This document shows positions 9,569 to 20,185 of a DNA stretch of 64,000 nt, piece by piece. Numbering within the stretch: the stretch's first letter is position 1; every line of letters begins with the position of its first letter. The translations under genes and the position numbers were made by a program. Source of the stretch: Trichormus sp. ATA11-4-KO1. GTDB taxonomy: Bacteria > Cyanobacteriota > Cyanobacteriia > Cyanobacteriales > Nostocaceae. The DNA lies in NCBI GenBank assembly GCA_019358915.1, contig JAHHIM010000006.1, forward strand, positions 64,001 through 128,000. Reading direction: 5' to 3'. The notes under the pieces are model-generated. The model made no database searches. It had not been told where the DNA came from and saw nothing but the letters and a program-made list of their open reading frames with translations.

Positions 9569-11539
9569 ATGTCTCAACCAACTATAGAATCAATCCTACA
9601 AGAGAAGCGCTTATTCCATCCCTCTGATAAATTCTCCCAAAATGCTCATATTAAAAGCTTGGCAGACTATCAGCGTCTCTACGATCAAGCGAAAGCAGAC
9701 CCGCAGCAGTTTTGGGCTAATTTGGCAGAAACAGAATTAGCATGGTTCCAAAAATGGGATACGGTACTAGATTGGCAACCACCTTTTGCTAAGTGGTTTG
9801 TTGGCGGAAAAATTAACATTTCTTACAATTGCCTGGATAGACACCTCACTACTTGGCGCAAAAATAAAGCAGCGTTGATTTGGGAAGGAGAACCAGGAGA
9901 TTCCCGGACTCTCACTTATGCCCAACTGCATCGCGAAGTTTGCCAGTTTGCCAATGTGCTGAAGCAATTGGGAGTCAAAAAGGGCGATCGCATCGGTATT
10001 TATATGCCGATGATTCCGGAAGCAGCGATCGCTATGTTAGCCTGTGCGAGAATTGGCGCACCCCACAGCGTAGTATTTGGTGGTTTTAGTGCCGAAGCTT
10101 TGCGCGATCGCTTGAACGATGCTGAAGCTAAATTGGTAATTACTGCCGATGGTGGTTGGCGCAAAGATGCGATCGTTCCTCTCAAAGTCCAGGTAGATAA
10201 AGCCTTAGCTGATAACACTGTCCCCACAGTCAAAAATGTTCTTGTGGTACAGCGTACAAATCAAGATACTCACATGGAACCGGGACGCGACCATTGGTGG
10301 CACGATTTGCAAAAAGGCGTATCAGCTGATTGTCCGGCTGAACCAATGGACAGCGAAGATATGCTGTTTGTTCTCTACACTTCGGGTAGCACCGGCAAAC
10401 CGAAGGGCGTTGTTCATACCACTGGTGGTTATAACTTATATACTCACATGACCACTAAGTGGATATTTGACCTCCAAGATACAGATGTTTACTGGTGTAC
10501 TGCCGATATCGGTTGGATTACTGGTCATAGTTACATAGTCTACGGGCCACTTTCCAACGGTGCTACAACTTTGATGTACGAAGGTGCGCCCCGTGCCTCT
10601 AATCCTGGCTGTACGTGGGATATTATTGAAAAACACGGTGTTAATATTTTTTATACTGCACCTACGGCAATTCGGGCATTTATTAAGATGGGTGAACACC
10701 ATCCGAAAACACGCAATCTATCTTCACTGCGTTTATTGGGAACCGTCGGCGAACCAATTAACCCAGAAGCTTGGATGTGGTATCACAAAGTAATTGGTGG
10801 TGAACGCTGCCCAATTGTTGATACTTGGTGGCAAACAGAAACTGGCGGGATTATGATTACACCATTACCGGGGGCAATTTCCACTAAACCAGGCTCAGCA
10901 ACTCGTCCTTTCCCTGGGATTATTGCAGATATCGTTGATTTAGAAGGCAACACCGTACCCGAAAACGAAGGCGGTTATCTGGCGGTGCGTTATCCTTGGC
11001 CAGGTATGATGCGAACAGTCTACGGTGATCCAGAACGCTTCCGCCGTACTTATTGGGAACATATCCCCCCCAAAGATGGTAACTATACTTACTTTGCTGG
11101 TGATGGTGCTAGAAGAGACGAAGATGGCTACTTCTGGGTAATGGGTCGTGTAGATGATGTATTAAATGTATCAGGACACAGGCTCGGAACTATGGAAGTA
11201 GAATCTGCTTTAGTTTCTCACCCAGCTGTAGCAGAAGCGGCGGTAGTGGGTAAGCCGGATGAACTCAAGGGTGAGGAAGTAGTTGCTTTTGTGACTTTAG
11301 AAGGCACATATCAAGCTAGTGAAGAATTGAGTAAAGAACTCAAGCAGCACGTTGTCAAAGAAATTGGGGCGATCGCTCGTCCGGGAGAAATTCGCTTTAC
11401 AGATGCTTTACCGAAAACGCGATCGGGTAAGATTATGCGGCGGTTGTTACGGAATCTTGCATCTGGACAAGAGGTATCTGGTGATACTTCCACTTTGGAG
11501 GATCGCAGTGTTTTAGATAAGTTGCGAGAAGGCGTTTAA
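9569..11539 (+). CDS. acs: Acetyl-CoA synthetase
   Basis: [21 protein letters not shown] and [11 protein letters not shown] motifs. Confidence 0.97.
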   Translation: MSQPTIESILQEKRLFHPSDKFSQNAHIKSLADYQRLYDQAKADPQQFWANLAETELAWFQKWDTVLDWQPPFAKWFVGGKINISYNCLDRHLTTWRKNKAALIWEGEPGDSRTLTYAQLHREVCQFANVLKQLGVKKGDRIGIYMPMIPEAAIAMLACARIGAPHSVVFGGFSAEALRDRLNDAEAKLVITADGGWRKDAIVPLKVQVDKALADNTVPTVKNVLVVQRTNQDTHMEPGRDHWWHDLQKGVSADCPAEPMDSEDMLFVLYTSGSTGKPKGVVHTTGGYNLYTHMTTKWIFDLQDTDVYWCTADIGWITGHSYIVYGPLSNGATTLMYEGAPRASNPGCTWDIIEKHGVNIFYTAPTAIRAFIKMGEHHPKTRNLSSLRLLGTVGEPINPEAWMWYHKVIGGERCPIVDTWWQTETGGIMITPLPGAISTKPGSATRPFPGIIADIVDLEGNTVPENEGGYLAVRYPWPGMMRTVYGDPERFRRTYWEHIPPKDGNYTYFAGDGARRDEDGYFWVMGRVDDVLNVSGHRLGTMEVESALVSHPAVAEAAVVGKPDELKGEEVVAFVTLEGTYQASEELSKELKQHVVKEIGAIARPGEIRFTDALPKTRSGKIMRRLLRNLASGQEVSGDTSTLEDRSVLDKLREGV

Positions 11540-11544
11540 ACAAT

Positions 11545-11675
11545 TAAGTAGGTAGGCACAAATAAAATCAACTATGTAAAGAAAAATGAATCAGCTTAAA
11601 ACCCTCTTCGCTTCTGCCTCCTGCCTTCTGCCTTCTGCCTTATCCTAGCGATAAATTTTTCCACCCACCTACTTA
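11545..11675 (-). mobile_element. MITE family A, copy 2 (inverted)
   Basis: Reverse complement of 8231-8354 with one extra heptamer unit. Confidence 0.85.
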
Positions 11676-11723
11676 GATATGGGGTGTATTGGCAACAATT
11701 AGCATACCGCAATCATTAACTTT

Positions 11724-11751
11724 ATAGGGTGGGTTAAATTGCCTACCCTAT
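11724..11751 (+). terminator. Stem-loop downstream of acs
   Basis: ATAGGGTGGG...CCTACCCTAT inverted repeat. Confidence 0.4.
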
Positions 11752-11879
11752 ATTGTGTGAATAGAATAAAAGAACTCAATAATCAATAAATATCTAATAT
11801 TATTTCACTAATTAATAGCTGGTATGATAGTAAGAGTAATTTAATATAAACGAGTATCAGCATAGAGGTATTAAAAGCG

Positions 11880-12554
11880 ATGAAACTGAAGAGCCGAATG
11901 AAGTATGCGTTTATTCCAACTCTTAGCAGCATAACGCTGGGTATCATCACTACAACTGGTATATCATCAGTGTTAGCGTTACCTGGAAAAGTTGGTTTAC
12001 ATTCTGCCGATCAGTTAAACAGCAAAAAACAAGTAATAGCACAGTTTCAAGGTACAGAGCAAGAAGAGCGATCGCAACTTCTGCAACAAGCCAATACTTT
12101 ATCCAGTCAGGGAAAATTCGCCGACGCGGAAGAAAATTTACGCAAATTGATTAAAAAATTTCCTAAATACTCTTTTGGACATTTTGAATTGGGAAACGTA
12201 CTTTTTCGTCAAGATAAGTCGGAAGAGGCTATTAGCGCTTACCGAGAAGCTATTCGCCTCAATTCCAACCATGCACTAGCTTACAATGGTATCGGTCTTG
12301 TTTATGCTAGCCAAAATCGCTGGGAAGAAGCCATTACAGAATATCAGAAAGCTTTAGAAATTAATCCTAATTATGGCGATGCACTGGCTAATTCGGCACT
12401 GGCACTTTTGCAAACAAATAAACGTAATGAGGCACTAGCTTCTTTAGAAAAAGCTTTAAACATTTTCAAATCCCAAAGCAGAAATGAAAAAGTCTATCAA
12501 ATTGAACAACTTTTACAGCAAATAAAAACTTCAGATGATCCTGCTATTTCGTAA
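11880..12554 (+). CDS. Exported tetratricopeptide-repeat protein
   Basis: N-terminal signal-like segment; TPR motifs (EEAISAYREAIRLN, EEAITEYQKALEINP). Confidence 0.88.
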   Translation: MKLKSRMKYAFIPTLSSITLGIITTTGISSVLALPGKVGLHSADQLNSKKQVIAQFQGTEQEERSQLLQQANTLSSQGKFADAEENLRKLIKKFPKYSFGHFELGNVLFRQDKSEEAISAYREAIRLNSNHALAYNGIGLVYASQNRWEEAITEYQKALEINPNYGDALANSALALLQTNKRNEALASLEKALNIFKSQSRNEKVYQIEQLLQQIKTSDDPAIS

Positions 12555-12849
12555 AAATTATATTACTAGTGTTCTACTCTATGAATTGAATTCTTCAGTA
12601 AATTATATACCCAATTATCGCAATCCGATTTGATTCATGAAATTACTTGTTTAGCTGACTGCCATTTAATCCAATGTGAATTCGATGAACCTCATCCCAA
12701 CCCCTCTCCGACACGGCTACGGTGTATACACAAGTCCACCCTGAGCGAGTTTCCAGTCTAAAAAGATAGACTCAAATTGCCGTAAACCGCCTCACGTTAA
12801 TCTATGTGACTACGGCTATAAAAATTACTTAGTCTAACAGAGGTGGATT

Positions 12850-12948
12850 ATGTACGATTGGATGCATAGTTCAATAGAGCAAGCGATTAGTGTCTTTCAA
12901 GAATTTTCTCTTGATTGGAAATTCGCTTTCAATAATCACCCAAATTAA
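12850..12948 (+). CDS. Putative 32-aa small protein, not in the ORF track
   Basis: GAGGTGG RBS, then MYDWMHSSIEQAISVFQEFSLDWKFAFNNHPN*. Confidence 0.35.
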   Translation: MYDWMHSSIEQAISVFQEFSLDWKFAFNNHPN

Positions 12949-13051
12949 TCCCTGAAAAGCTTGGAGAAAGTCGTATTCCCCAGCCCATAATAAAAATACC
13001 GGACTCAGAGAGATGCCGGCAATTTTAAAAATTGACTAATAATTAGTGAAT

Positions 13052-13426
13052 TTAATGAATTCTTTCTTTCATTAATTGTTCTTCTAAAGCAGCAATCCGG
13101 TTGTATGCTGCCGTCAATTGTGCTGTTAGTCGTTGTATTTGAATTTCTGGTGTTAAGTTCTGATCTCCACTTTGCCGATTCATGTCTAAAGACATGCCAT
13201 CTGTCAATACATCCTTGTGTTCCATTTCTGGATTAAAACTGATGTGTCCTTTTAACTGGTAGCCGCCTATATCACTATTTTCTACATAATTACTCTTGGC
13301 TTGTGTATTTGCTAAAGAGCACTCTGAGAAAGCTTGAGCGACTTTGCCGTCAAGTTGCTCAATTACCTGGTAGAGGGCATCCAGTTTCTGACTCAAAGTC
13401 AAGATTTGTTTTTGTAATGGCTCCAT
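13052..13426 (-). CDS. Hypothetical coiled-coil protein of a conserved cyanobacterial type
   Basis: C-terminal LTPEIQIQRLTAQLTAAYNRIAALEEQL; GAGG RBS. Confidence 0.8.
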   Translation of the reverse strand: MEPLQKQILTLSQKLDALYQVIEQLDGKVAQAFSECSLANTQAKSNYVENSDIGGYQLKGHISFNPEMEHKDVLTDGMSLDMNRQSGDQNLTPEIQIQRLTAQLTAAYNRIAALEEQLMKERIH

Positions 13427-13720
13427 TTAATACCCTCGTCCGCATATTTTCTCTATGTTATTCAATTTACTGGTGATCTTAACTATACTTATGAATTATT
13501 TAATTTTTTAAATATTTTGTCGAAACATGATATTTAAATATTTACTTATAAATGTAACTCAATATTTTTTATGAGTATTACTCATGAGTATTTTCGAGAA
13601 AAGTTAAGTCATTAGCAGTCATTTTCAGAAAAATCCTTTAAAGTTAGTCAATAAGTTGATTTGACAGCAATATCCAAAAAATATAGCTAAATAAGCACCT
13701 AAGCACACAACTATATATAT

Positions 13721-14920
13721 ATGTATAATCCCAAATCCCCAATTCCCAATCTCCAATCGATAAATCGACGGTCTTTTCTGTTGGGTGCAGGTGGACTGGC
13801 ACTTTCGCAACTACTGGTTGGGTGTGGTGGTAGCAACCAGACAAAATTAAATGTACAGCTATTAAAAGGTTCTATCCCCAGTCAGGTAGTTAGTCAGTTT
13901 CGCCAAAGTTTGCAGCAACGGGTAAATTTAAAGTTTGTCCCTGTCGAGCAGATAGAGAATTTATTTAAGCAATTGCAAGGTTGGCAGGAGAAATCAAAAA
14001 CTACTGATTACCAAGTGTGGACTCGCTTCTTACCGTTTGGGCAATCTGAGACAGTTGCAGCATCTGACTTAATGACATTAGGAGATTACTGGCTCAAAGC
14101 GGCAATTGAGCAGAAACTAATTCAACCACTGACAGAGCGAGAGGTCAAACAATTAAAACAGTGGTCTGCTTTGGATGAAAGATGGCAGCAACTAGTAACG
14201 CGCAATAATCAAGGCGATGTGGATACGCAGGGAGAAGTTTGGGCTGCTCCTTACCGTTGGGGGAGTACGGTGATTGTTTATCACCGGGAAAAATTCCAGA
14301 GATTGGGTTGGACACCACAGGATTGGAGTGATTTGTGGCGAGATGAATTGCGATCGCAAATTTCTTTACTGAATCAACCCAGAGAAGTGATTGGTCTGGT
14401 TTTAAAAAAGCTAGGAAAATCTTACAATACAGACAATCTGGACACAGTGCCAGACTTGGAAAAGGAACTACGGACATTAAACCAACAGGTAAAATTTTAC
14501 AGTTCCCATAACTACCTAGAACCTCTAATTATTGGAGACACTTGGCTAGCAGTTGGTTGGTCAAGTGACATCATGCCAGTTTTAGCACGTTATCCCCAAT
14601 TTACCGCCGTTATCCCGAAATCAGGAACAGCAATTTGGGCAGACTTGTGGGTACGCCCCGCAGGCGTTACTCAAGAGGCTGTGTCATCTCAATGGATTGA
14701 TTTTTGTTGGCAACCGAACATTTCTAAACAAATCGCTTTGCTAACTAAAAGTAATTCGCCAATTTTCCCTGAGATTCTTGCTTCTGACATCCAGGAACCA
14801 TTTAGACGTTTATTACAGAGTAACCGTGAAGTCTTCGACAAAAGCGAATTTTTGCTTTCCTTGCCTCCATCAGCCATCGAGCAATATGAGTCTTTATTCG
14901 CCAAAATTAAGCAAGAATAA
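13721..14920 (+). CDS. Extracellular solute-binding lipoprotein (PotD/polyamine-type ABC SBP)
   Basis: NRRSFLL Tat motif with LVGC lipobox; APYRWG, WSDLW, VGWSSD and PKSGTAIWADLW motifs. Confidence 0.88.
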   Translation: MYNPKSPIPNLQSINRRSFLLGAGGLALSQLLVGCGGSNQTKLNVQLLKGSIPSQVVSQFRQSLQQRVNLKFVPVEQIENLFKQLQGWQEKSKTTDYQVWTRFLPFGQSETVAASDLMTLGDYWLKAAIEQKLIQPLTEREVKQLKQWSALDERWQQLVTRNNQGDVDTQGEVWAAPYRWGSTVIVYHREKFQRLGWTPQDWSDLWRDELRSQISLLNQPREVIGLVLKKLGKSYNTDNLDTVPDLEKELRTLNQQVKFYSSHNYLEPLIIGDTWLAVGWSSDIMPVLARYPQFTAVIPKSGTAIWADLWVRPAGVTQEAVSSQWIDFCWQPNISKQIALLTKSNSPIFPEILASDIQEPFRRLLQSNREVFDKSEFLLSLPPSAIEQYESLFAKIKQE

Positions 14921-14936
14921 GCATGAGGAAATTTTT

Positions 14937-15575
14937 CTAAAGAGAGCGCAACAACCCTAACCTATTCTGAGTATTCATCTGAATGCGGCATGATGTTGGA
15001 CTTGTATTAAAGTTACAGGTGTAGGTTGCCAAAAGGTCTCGTTGATAATTGAAAACCCGAACATTATACCCATCCGTTCTGGCGCTGTTACCCAAGCGAT
15101 TCACGAAGTCGTAGCGGTCTAGATAGTCTAACAAGCTCCAAATTTGCTGATTTACGATTAAATCTACTCGGCCGGGTTCATTCTCAGATACTGGATATGC
15201 GATCCAGTTATCCAACAGCTTATTTTCGGAGTTTTCTTTTTCCCACCATAAACTGGGTGTAGTTAATCCTTCTGGGTCAATGGTATTGGCTGTAACTACA
15301 GTACCGTTTGGCTGAGTCAATAAAGCCAATTCCAAAGGAGCATCCGAAGGCGATGGGACTGGGGGTGTTTTTGCTAATGAGTGTGAGACTGGTAAAAGCG
15401 CAATCGTACTCAGACTAATAGTTAAGTAGGTGAAATTAAAAAAAGATAAAACAGACCTAACCCCCGAAAGCAGAAAGCGGGAGTCCCAGCTTTTCGCCTG
15501 ATAGAAATTTAATTTAGTTGAGTGATTTAGTAAGGGGAGCGATGTTTTGCGACCAGGTAGTTTGTGTCTCAGCAT
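14937..15575 (-). CDS. Hypothetical exported cyanobacterial protein
   Basis: 212-aa ORF with a hydrophobic segment and a TPSLWW...VDLIVNQQIWSLLDYL motif; the start may be later. Confidence 0.7.
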   Translation of the reverse strand: MLRHKLPGRKTSLPLLNHSTKLNFYQAKSWDSRFLLSGVRSVLSFFNFTYLTISLSTIALLPVSHSLAKTPPVPSPSDAPLELALLTQPNGTVVTANTIDPEGLTTPSLWWEKENSENKLLDNWIAYPVSENEPGRVDLIVNQQIWSLLDYLDRYDFVNRLGNSARTDGYNVRVFNYQRDLLATYTCNFNTSPTSCRIQMNTQNRLGLLRSL

Positions 15576-15662
15576 AAACGAATACCATTTTCGATTTTGG
15601 ATTAATCTCCAATTCGCTCATAAATTACGGGTAATGCAATTTACAACATATTAATAATTTAC

Positions 15663-16511
15663 CTAAATAATTGCTGTTTGTGTGTGAGCAACTTTAAAGG
15701 CCAGGATGCGGAGTCTTTTATAGTCCGCCGTCCAAGTACCCTCACTATACAGTGTCGGTTTTAGGGACTGCTCTACCTGACGAATGACTTGTGTTTGCTG
15801 GTCAACAGATAATCCTGCTAAAAAATTACTAGCGAACATTTGTAGCCAGTTTGCCATACCTGCTTGTTTCTCTGCTAGGGAGGTGGGACGGGCAAATAGG
15901 ATGGCATAAGTGACATCAAAGCCTTGCTGTTCTAGCAGTGTAGAGTATTCGCCAATACTAGGAAAATACCAAGGATTCAATGGTTCTGCGACGATACCAA
16001 CTACCTTTAAAGCAGTGTACAAAGCCTGGGCGATCGCCTGTATATTTCCCTTACCACCAAACTCGGCGACAAAACGTCCTCCTGGTTTAAGCGCTTGATA
16101 TACGCAAGCGATCGCGGACTCTGGTTCTTTTACCCAGTGCAAAGTCGCGTTGGAAAATACCGCATCTAATGGCTGATCTACCTGAAAGTCTTTAGCATCA
16201 GCAATATCAAACAATAAATGAGGATAGTTTTGTTTAGCCTTTTCAATCATCGCGGGTGCGCTATCGATTCCCATAACTTTAGCGCCAGTCAAAGCAATTT
16301 TTTCGGTAAGTTGTCCCGTACCACAACCCAGATCCAAAATATATTCTCCTGGTTTGGGGTTGAGCAATTTCAGCAAATCTTCGCCATATTGCCAGACAAA
16401 GGCGTGCTTATCTTGATATAAGTCACTATCCCATAGTTCAGGAGATTGAAGAGAGAATTGGGGGTTTTGAGAGAAATCACTTGTCATTAGGCTGAGAGGT
16501 CTGGGAAACAT
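15663..16511 (-). CDS. Class I SAM-dependent methyltransferase (Tam-like)
   Basis: ILDLGCGTG, AVFSNATLHW, LKPGGRFVAEFGG and WTADY motifs. Confidence 0.9.
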   Translation of the reverse strand: MFPRPLSLMTSDFSQNPQFSLQSPELWDSDLYQDKHAFVWQYGEDLLKLLNPKPGEYILDLGCGTGQLTEKIALTGAKVMGIDSAPAMIEKAKQNYPHLLFDIADAKDFQVDQPLDAVFSNATLHWVKEPESAIACVYQALKPGGRFVAEFGGKGNIQAIAQALYTALKVVGIVAEPLNPWYFPSIGEYSTLLEQQGFDVTYAILFARPTSLAEKQAGMANWLQMFASNFLAGLSVDQQTQVIRQVEQSLKPTLYSEGTWTADYKRLRILAFKVAHTQTAII

Positions 16512-16583
16512 GAGTATTGTGAACAGACTTATTGTGATGCAGTAGTTATCCTGATGGCAACAATGAAATTATCAGACTAATCC

Positions 16584-16790
16584 ATGACACCTCAAGAATT
16601 TTTAGAAAATTTGGCAACAGCAGGAACAGATCCCGAAAAACTCATGGTTGTTGCTCAATACCTGGAAACAACGGCGATGGACAATGCAACTACCCCAAAA
16701 TGGCGCAGCATTCCTTACAGTTCCGAAATTGAAATGGCGCTGAATAATCTGGCGTTTCATCTAGAAATACTCGCCGAAACAGGAAATTAA
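16584..16790 (+). CDS. Hypothetical protein
   Basis: 68-aa ORF with normal composition, convergent with 16801-16992. Confidence 0.6.
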   Translation: MTPQEFLENLATAGTDPEKLMVVAQYLETTAMDNATTPKWRSIPYSSEIEMALNNLAFHLEILAETGN

Positions 16791-16800
16791 TTAGGCTGAT

Positions 16801-16992
16801 TTAATTGCCTTGTTGTATCCACTCTCGCGCCGCTTTTTCGGCCGCTTCAGGCGTATAGTAAAGTTTGCCCTCACCAAAAACTGTTCCACCAGGACTAATC
16901 AACCGAAATTCCCAGCAATCAGCCTCAGTATAAAACACAGATAGGGTAACGTTATCAATGCCAACAACTAAGTGAATCTTGATAGTATTCAT
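16801..16992 (-). CDS. Small hypothetical protein
   Basis: 63 aa; WEFRLISPGG...YYTPEAAEKAAREWI beta-beta-alpha-like pattern. Confidence 0.65.
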   Translation of the reverse strand: MNTIKIHLVVGIDNVTLSVFYTEADCWEFRLISPGGTVFGEGKLYYTPEAAEKAAREWIQQGN

Positions 16993-17316
16993 TAGTGGTA
17001 TCTCAACGTTTACCCCTTTTTTATCATTTTTAATATAGAAATATTATGTTTATGCGATCGCGCATTCCAAATATCACCAGCTATAAATCATACAAATTTT
17101 GGTTTTTCAGGAACTTTTATGGAGCATTCACAGAAAAGTGCCAGTTTAATAAACTGCGTAATCTAAAATTACTAAAGTTACGAAAGCCATACCTAAGTCT
17201 TTTAATTAACTTGAGTTTATTATTTTGGTTTATGACTATCTAAATCTACTAATACCGCCAAGTAATTTCCTTGTCCTTTGACCAATGCTATTTCATCTAT
17301 CCCTAACTTTTTTTTA

Positions 17317-17448
17317 CCTGCTACCGAAAGAACCAGAAAACACATGCTCTTTTACTATGGAGATGTAGTTCTTGCTGCCGAGGTGCCGAAGACTGCAATA
17401 CCCCGAAGTCCAACATTGAAACCCACTGTCTGTTCGAGTTAGTAGTGG
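17317..17448. ncRNA. Candidate structured RNA A (long interrupted hairpin)
   Basis: Nested complementarity CTGCTA/TAGTAG, GAAC-CAGA/TCTG-TTC, TGGA/TCCA and GTAGTTCTT/AAGACTGC; GC-richer than the AT-rich flanks; no long ORF. Confidence 0.35.
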
Positions 17449-17467
17449 AGGACAAAATATTTTTATG

Positions 17468-17516
17468 AAAAAAAGAGTGAGAGGAGGCATACCAATCGCC
17501 TCTAGTCTCTCACTCT
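17468..17516 (-). terminator. Rho-independent terminator on the minus strand
   Basis: AGAGTGAGAG/CTCTCACTCT stem with inner GAGGC/GCCTC; the A7 run at 17468-17474 reads as a U-tract on the minus strand. Confidence 0.75.
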
Positions 17517-17637
17517 GGCATTTGCCACTGTAGAGCGCTCAGGAATATGTAGAGACGCTGCCCTTTATTTAGGGGGCTAACTGTATGTCAATGACAACGC
17601 CTATACACATCTAATATTCCTGGTGCGACAAATGCCA
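17516..17637 (-). ncRNA. Candidate multi-stem structured RNA B
   Basis: Perfect 9-bp helices TGGCATTTG/CAAATGCCA and CAGGAATAT/ATATTCCTG enclose two hairpins; directly followed by the terminator on the minus strand. Confidence 0.55.
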
Positions 17638-17849
17638 AGCCTGATTATTGATGTTTATTTGCTAAAAAGAATAATCTACAAATTAATGGTAGATATAGCT
17701 TTTTTGTCAATAAATTTGGTTGATTATGCCTGATAACAAAACCTTTGGAGTTGTTTATTTTTTATAATTTAACTCAGTTGAATTCAGCTTGGTTGCCATT
17801 TTGGCAGGTTTTTAGATTTTATAATTTTTATTTATTAGCTTTTAAAAGC

Positions 17850-17952
17850 TATAGCAATCCTAAATGAGTCACGAACAAAAAGATCCCCGAATTCTTCGAG
17901 AATTCGGGGATCTGAGCCTCTCACTGTTTGCAAATCAAATAGGATTGCTATA
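17850..17952. mobile_element. MITE family B carrying the 33-bp palindrome
   Basis: Terminal inverted repeats TATAGCAATCCTA/TAGGATTGCTATA; palindrome at 17881-17913; partial inverted copy at 36262-36326. Confidence 0.75.
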
Positions 17953-17982
17953 TTTCTCATATCCTTAAGTAACTAACGGGAC

Positions 17983-18043
17983 TTAGAGGATGTTTGTAAA
18001 TTATCCATTTATATTCGTCCAAAACTTTTCAAACACCCTCTTA
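17983..18043. mobile_element. Minimal IS-end/MITE remnant
   Basis: Imperfect inverted repeat TAGAGGATGTTTG...CAAACACCCTCTTA. Confidence 0.45.
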
Positions 18044-18084
18044 GCACGGTCTTGGGGGTTTCCCATGAGCAACTAGCGTAAATC

Positions 18085-18121
18085 AGTAAAAATGATACGT
18101 AATTTACGTATCATTTTTACT
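18085..18121. terminator. Perfect hairpin, probable terminator of 18161-18805
   Basis: AGTAAAAATGATACGTAA-T-TTACGTATCATTTTTACT. Confidence 0.6.
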
Positions 18122-18160
18122 TAAAAGCTCGATTTCAAAGGTTTTTGTTTTACAGTTATA

Positions 18161-18805
18161 TTAATACTTCTGTAAAATTGCAGACAAAGAACTCTGTTTA
18201 CGAATATCCATCAAATCCGCCAAAGATTCTTTCCTTTGATCCAGTGGATGCCTATGATCTGGTGGTAGAACCGTCACTAGAGTCCTTGATTTAGCTCGCA
18301 TTTGGTTAATGGGCTTCAGTGGTTGCATCGGCACAAAAACTGGCGGACTCTTTAAAGTCATTGGCTCCCATTTTTCACGACTGCTTGGTTTCAAGGGTAT
18401 CGGCTGACGATCGCGTTTGATCGGTTTGCGAACTTTTTGACGCTGGTTGGGATGGTTGAGTAACCGGACAATGATGAAGCAACCACTTGCACAACTGAGG
18501 GCGATCGCCGCTACCATCCATAAAGGTGTGGCATTACTATTCTCAGAGGACGTTGTGATTGGTTTTTCAACTACGGCGGGAATTTCTTCTAGTTCTGCAT
18601 TGTCCCCACTGCCAGCGTAACCCAAGCTATACAAAGCTAAAGCAGCAGATCCAAGAAGCATTGTTAACAAACCAGCTAACAAAAGTCCAGGATGGTGTGT
18701 AAGCAGATAGATAAAAATGTTCGAGCTACCCATTACTCCTGACTTATCATTTGTCAGTTCCGTTACTTGGGTTGGCTCATACTGTACGCTCTGACTATGT
18801 TCCAT
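18161..18805 (-). CDS. Hypothetical membrane protein (2 TM)
   Basis: Two hydrophobic segments; C-terminal LADLMDIRKQSSLS. Confidence 0.75.
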   Translation of the reverse strand: MEHSQSVQYEPTQVTELTNDKSGVMGSSNIFIYLLTHHPGLLLAGLLTMLLGSAALALYSLGYAGSGDNAELEEIPAVVEKPITTSSENSNATPLWMVAAIALSCASGCFIIVRLLNHPNQRQKVRKPIKRDRQPIPLKPSSREKWEPMTLKSPPVFVPMQPLKPINQMRAKSRTLVTVLPPDHRHPLDQRKESLADLMDIRKQSSLSAILQKY

Positions 18806-18972
18806 GATTACTTTCAGATTTGTACCCCTCTAGCCCACGATTGTACTTGAGGAGTTAGCTATCAGGTATCCGTAGCCAGATTTCGGAATCTAGTAGCTTT
18901 TTTTTGGGAACGTAGGCTACTAAATCCGATATTTTTGCTAAAATCGCTGCTTTTAGTGAATCGTTAATTTGA

Positions 18973-20046
18973 CTATGATTTCGATTTGTTACCAGAATGC
19001 CTTTCTAAAGCTAGTTGAATTAACCGATCTACTAATTCTGGAAAGGGTATTCCACTGTAAGCCCAGAGTTGGGGGTACATACTAGTAGCAGTAAAGCCTG
19101 GTAAGGTGTTGATTTCATTAATCAATACTTCCCCAGTAGCTTCCACGTAGAAAAAGTCTACTCTTGCTAATCCCGCAGCATCAACAGCTGTAAAGGCTTG
19201 CAATGCCATATCTTGAATTTGGCGGCTGATGGCATCGGGGATGGATGCAGGAATCAGTAAATCTGCTCTCCCGGCGGTATATTTGGTTTCGTAATCATAA
19301 AAATCGCTATCAAAGGTAATCTCACCTACGATAGAGGCTTTAGTTTGCTCATTACCTAATACGGCACATTCTACTTCCCTAGCAACTACGCCTGCTTCCA
19401 CAATTAACCGTCGGTCATAACTAGCAGCATTATCTAAAGCCGCTTCTAATTCTTGGCGCGATCGCACTTTGGCGATACCCACTGATGAACCTAAGTTAGC
19501 AGGTTTGACAAAACAGGGATAACCCAAGTTTGCCTCAATTTCGTCACACAGTTTAGGAAACACACAAGGATTTGACCAAACTTGCGCTCTCGTTAACGCC
19601 TGATATTTCACCTGGGGTAATCCTGCTTGCTCAAATGCCGTTTTCATGGCAATTTTATCCATACCCATTGCTGAACCTAACACCCCAGAACCAACAAAAG
19701 GAACTTGCATCAAAGTAAGCAATCCCTGAATAGTACCATCTTCACCATTAGGGCCGTGGAGAATGGGAAACCAAACATCTACTGCGGTGACTTGAGGAGG
19801 TGATTGCCAAAGGCCAAGGGTGGAAGTTTGAGCTTCTAGGTACGGGATACCAGATTCTAAAACCTTTTGGGGTACTTCTCCTGCTAACCAATTTCCATTT
19901 TGTTGGATATAAAAAGGTAGGATTTCGTACTTACTAGCATTTTGCTCTGCACTTAAGGCTTTAGCGATCGCTCTTGCTGAACTAATGGAAACTTCATGTT
20001 CCCCAGAACGCCCACCAAATAGCAATCCCACCCGTAGCTTATTCAT
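18973..20046 (-). CDS. ddl: D-alanine--D-alanine ligase
   Basis: [30 protein letters not shown] and NEINTLPG motifs. Confidence 0.97.
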   Translation of the reverse strand: MNKLRVGLLFGGRSGEHEVSISSARAIAKALSAEQNASKYEILPFYIQQNGNWLAGEVPQKVLESGIPYLEAQTSTLGLWQSPPQVTAVDVWFPILHGPNGEDGTIQGLLTLMQVPFVGSGVLGSAMGMDKIAMKTAFEQAGLPQVKYQALTRAQVWSNPCVFPKLCDEIEANLGYPCFVKPANLGSSVGIAKVRSRQELEAALDNAASYDRRLIVEAGVVAREVECAVLGNEQTKASIVGEITFDSDFYDYETKYTAGRADLLIPASIPDAISRQIQDMALQAFTAVDAAGLARVDFFYVEATGEVLINEINTLPGFTATSMYPQLWAYSGIPFPELVDRLIQLALERHSGNKSKS

Positions 20047-20185
20047 CTTTAGTACCTCTACACTCCCAACGCAGATAGCGTATCACATCAGTGCTGAGTA
20101 ATTAATTCCCCTTTGTCTCACATAAAAGAGATAGGGGGAAACTTATATTTAGTCATTTCCCCTTGTCCTCCCCTCACTCGTCAAC

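Noticed and set aside
8231..11675. Composite transposon formed by inverted MITE copies around acs
   Set aside because: There is no transposase and no distinctive flanking duplication, and acs is a core gene; independent insertions are simpler.
17317..17640. Structured region as retron msr/msd, 6S RNA or a known riboswitch
   Set aside because: There is no reverse transcriptase nearby, and I could not match conserved 6S or riboswitch motifs by eye, so it is left unassigned.
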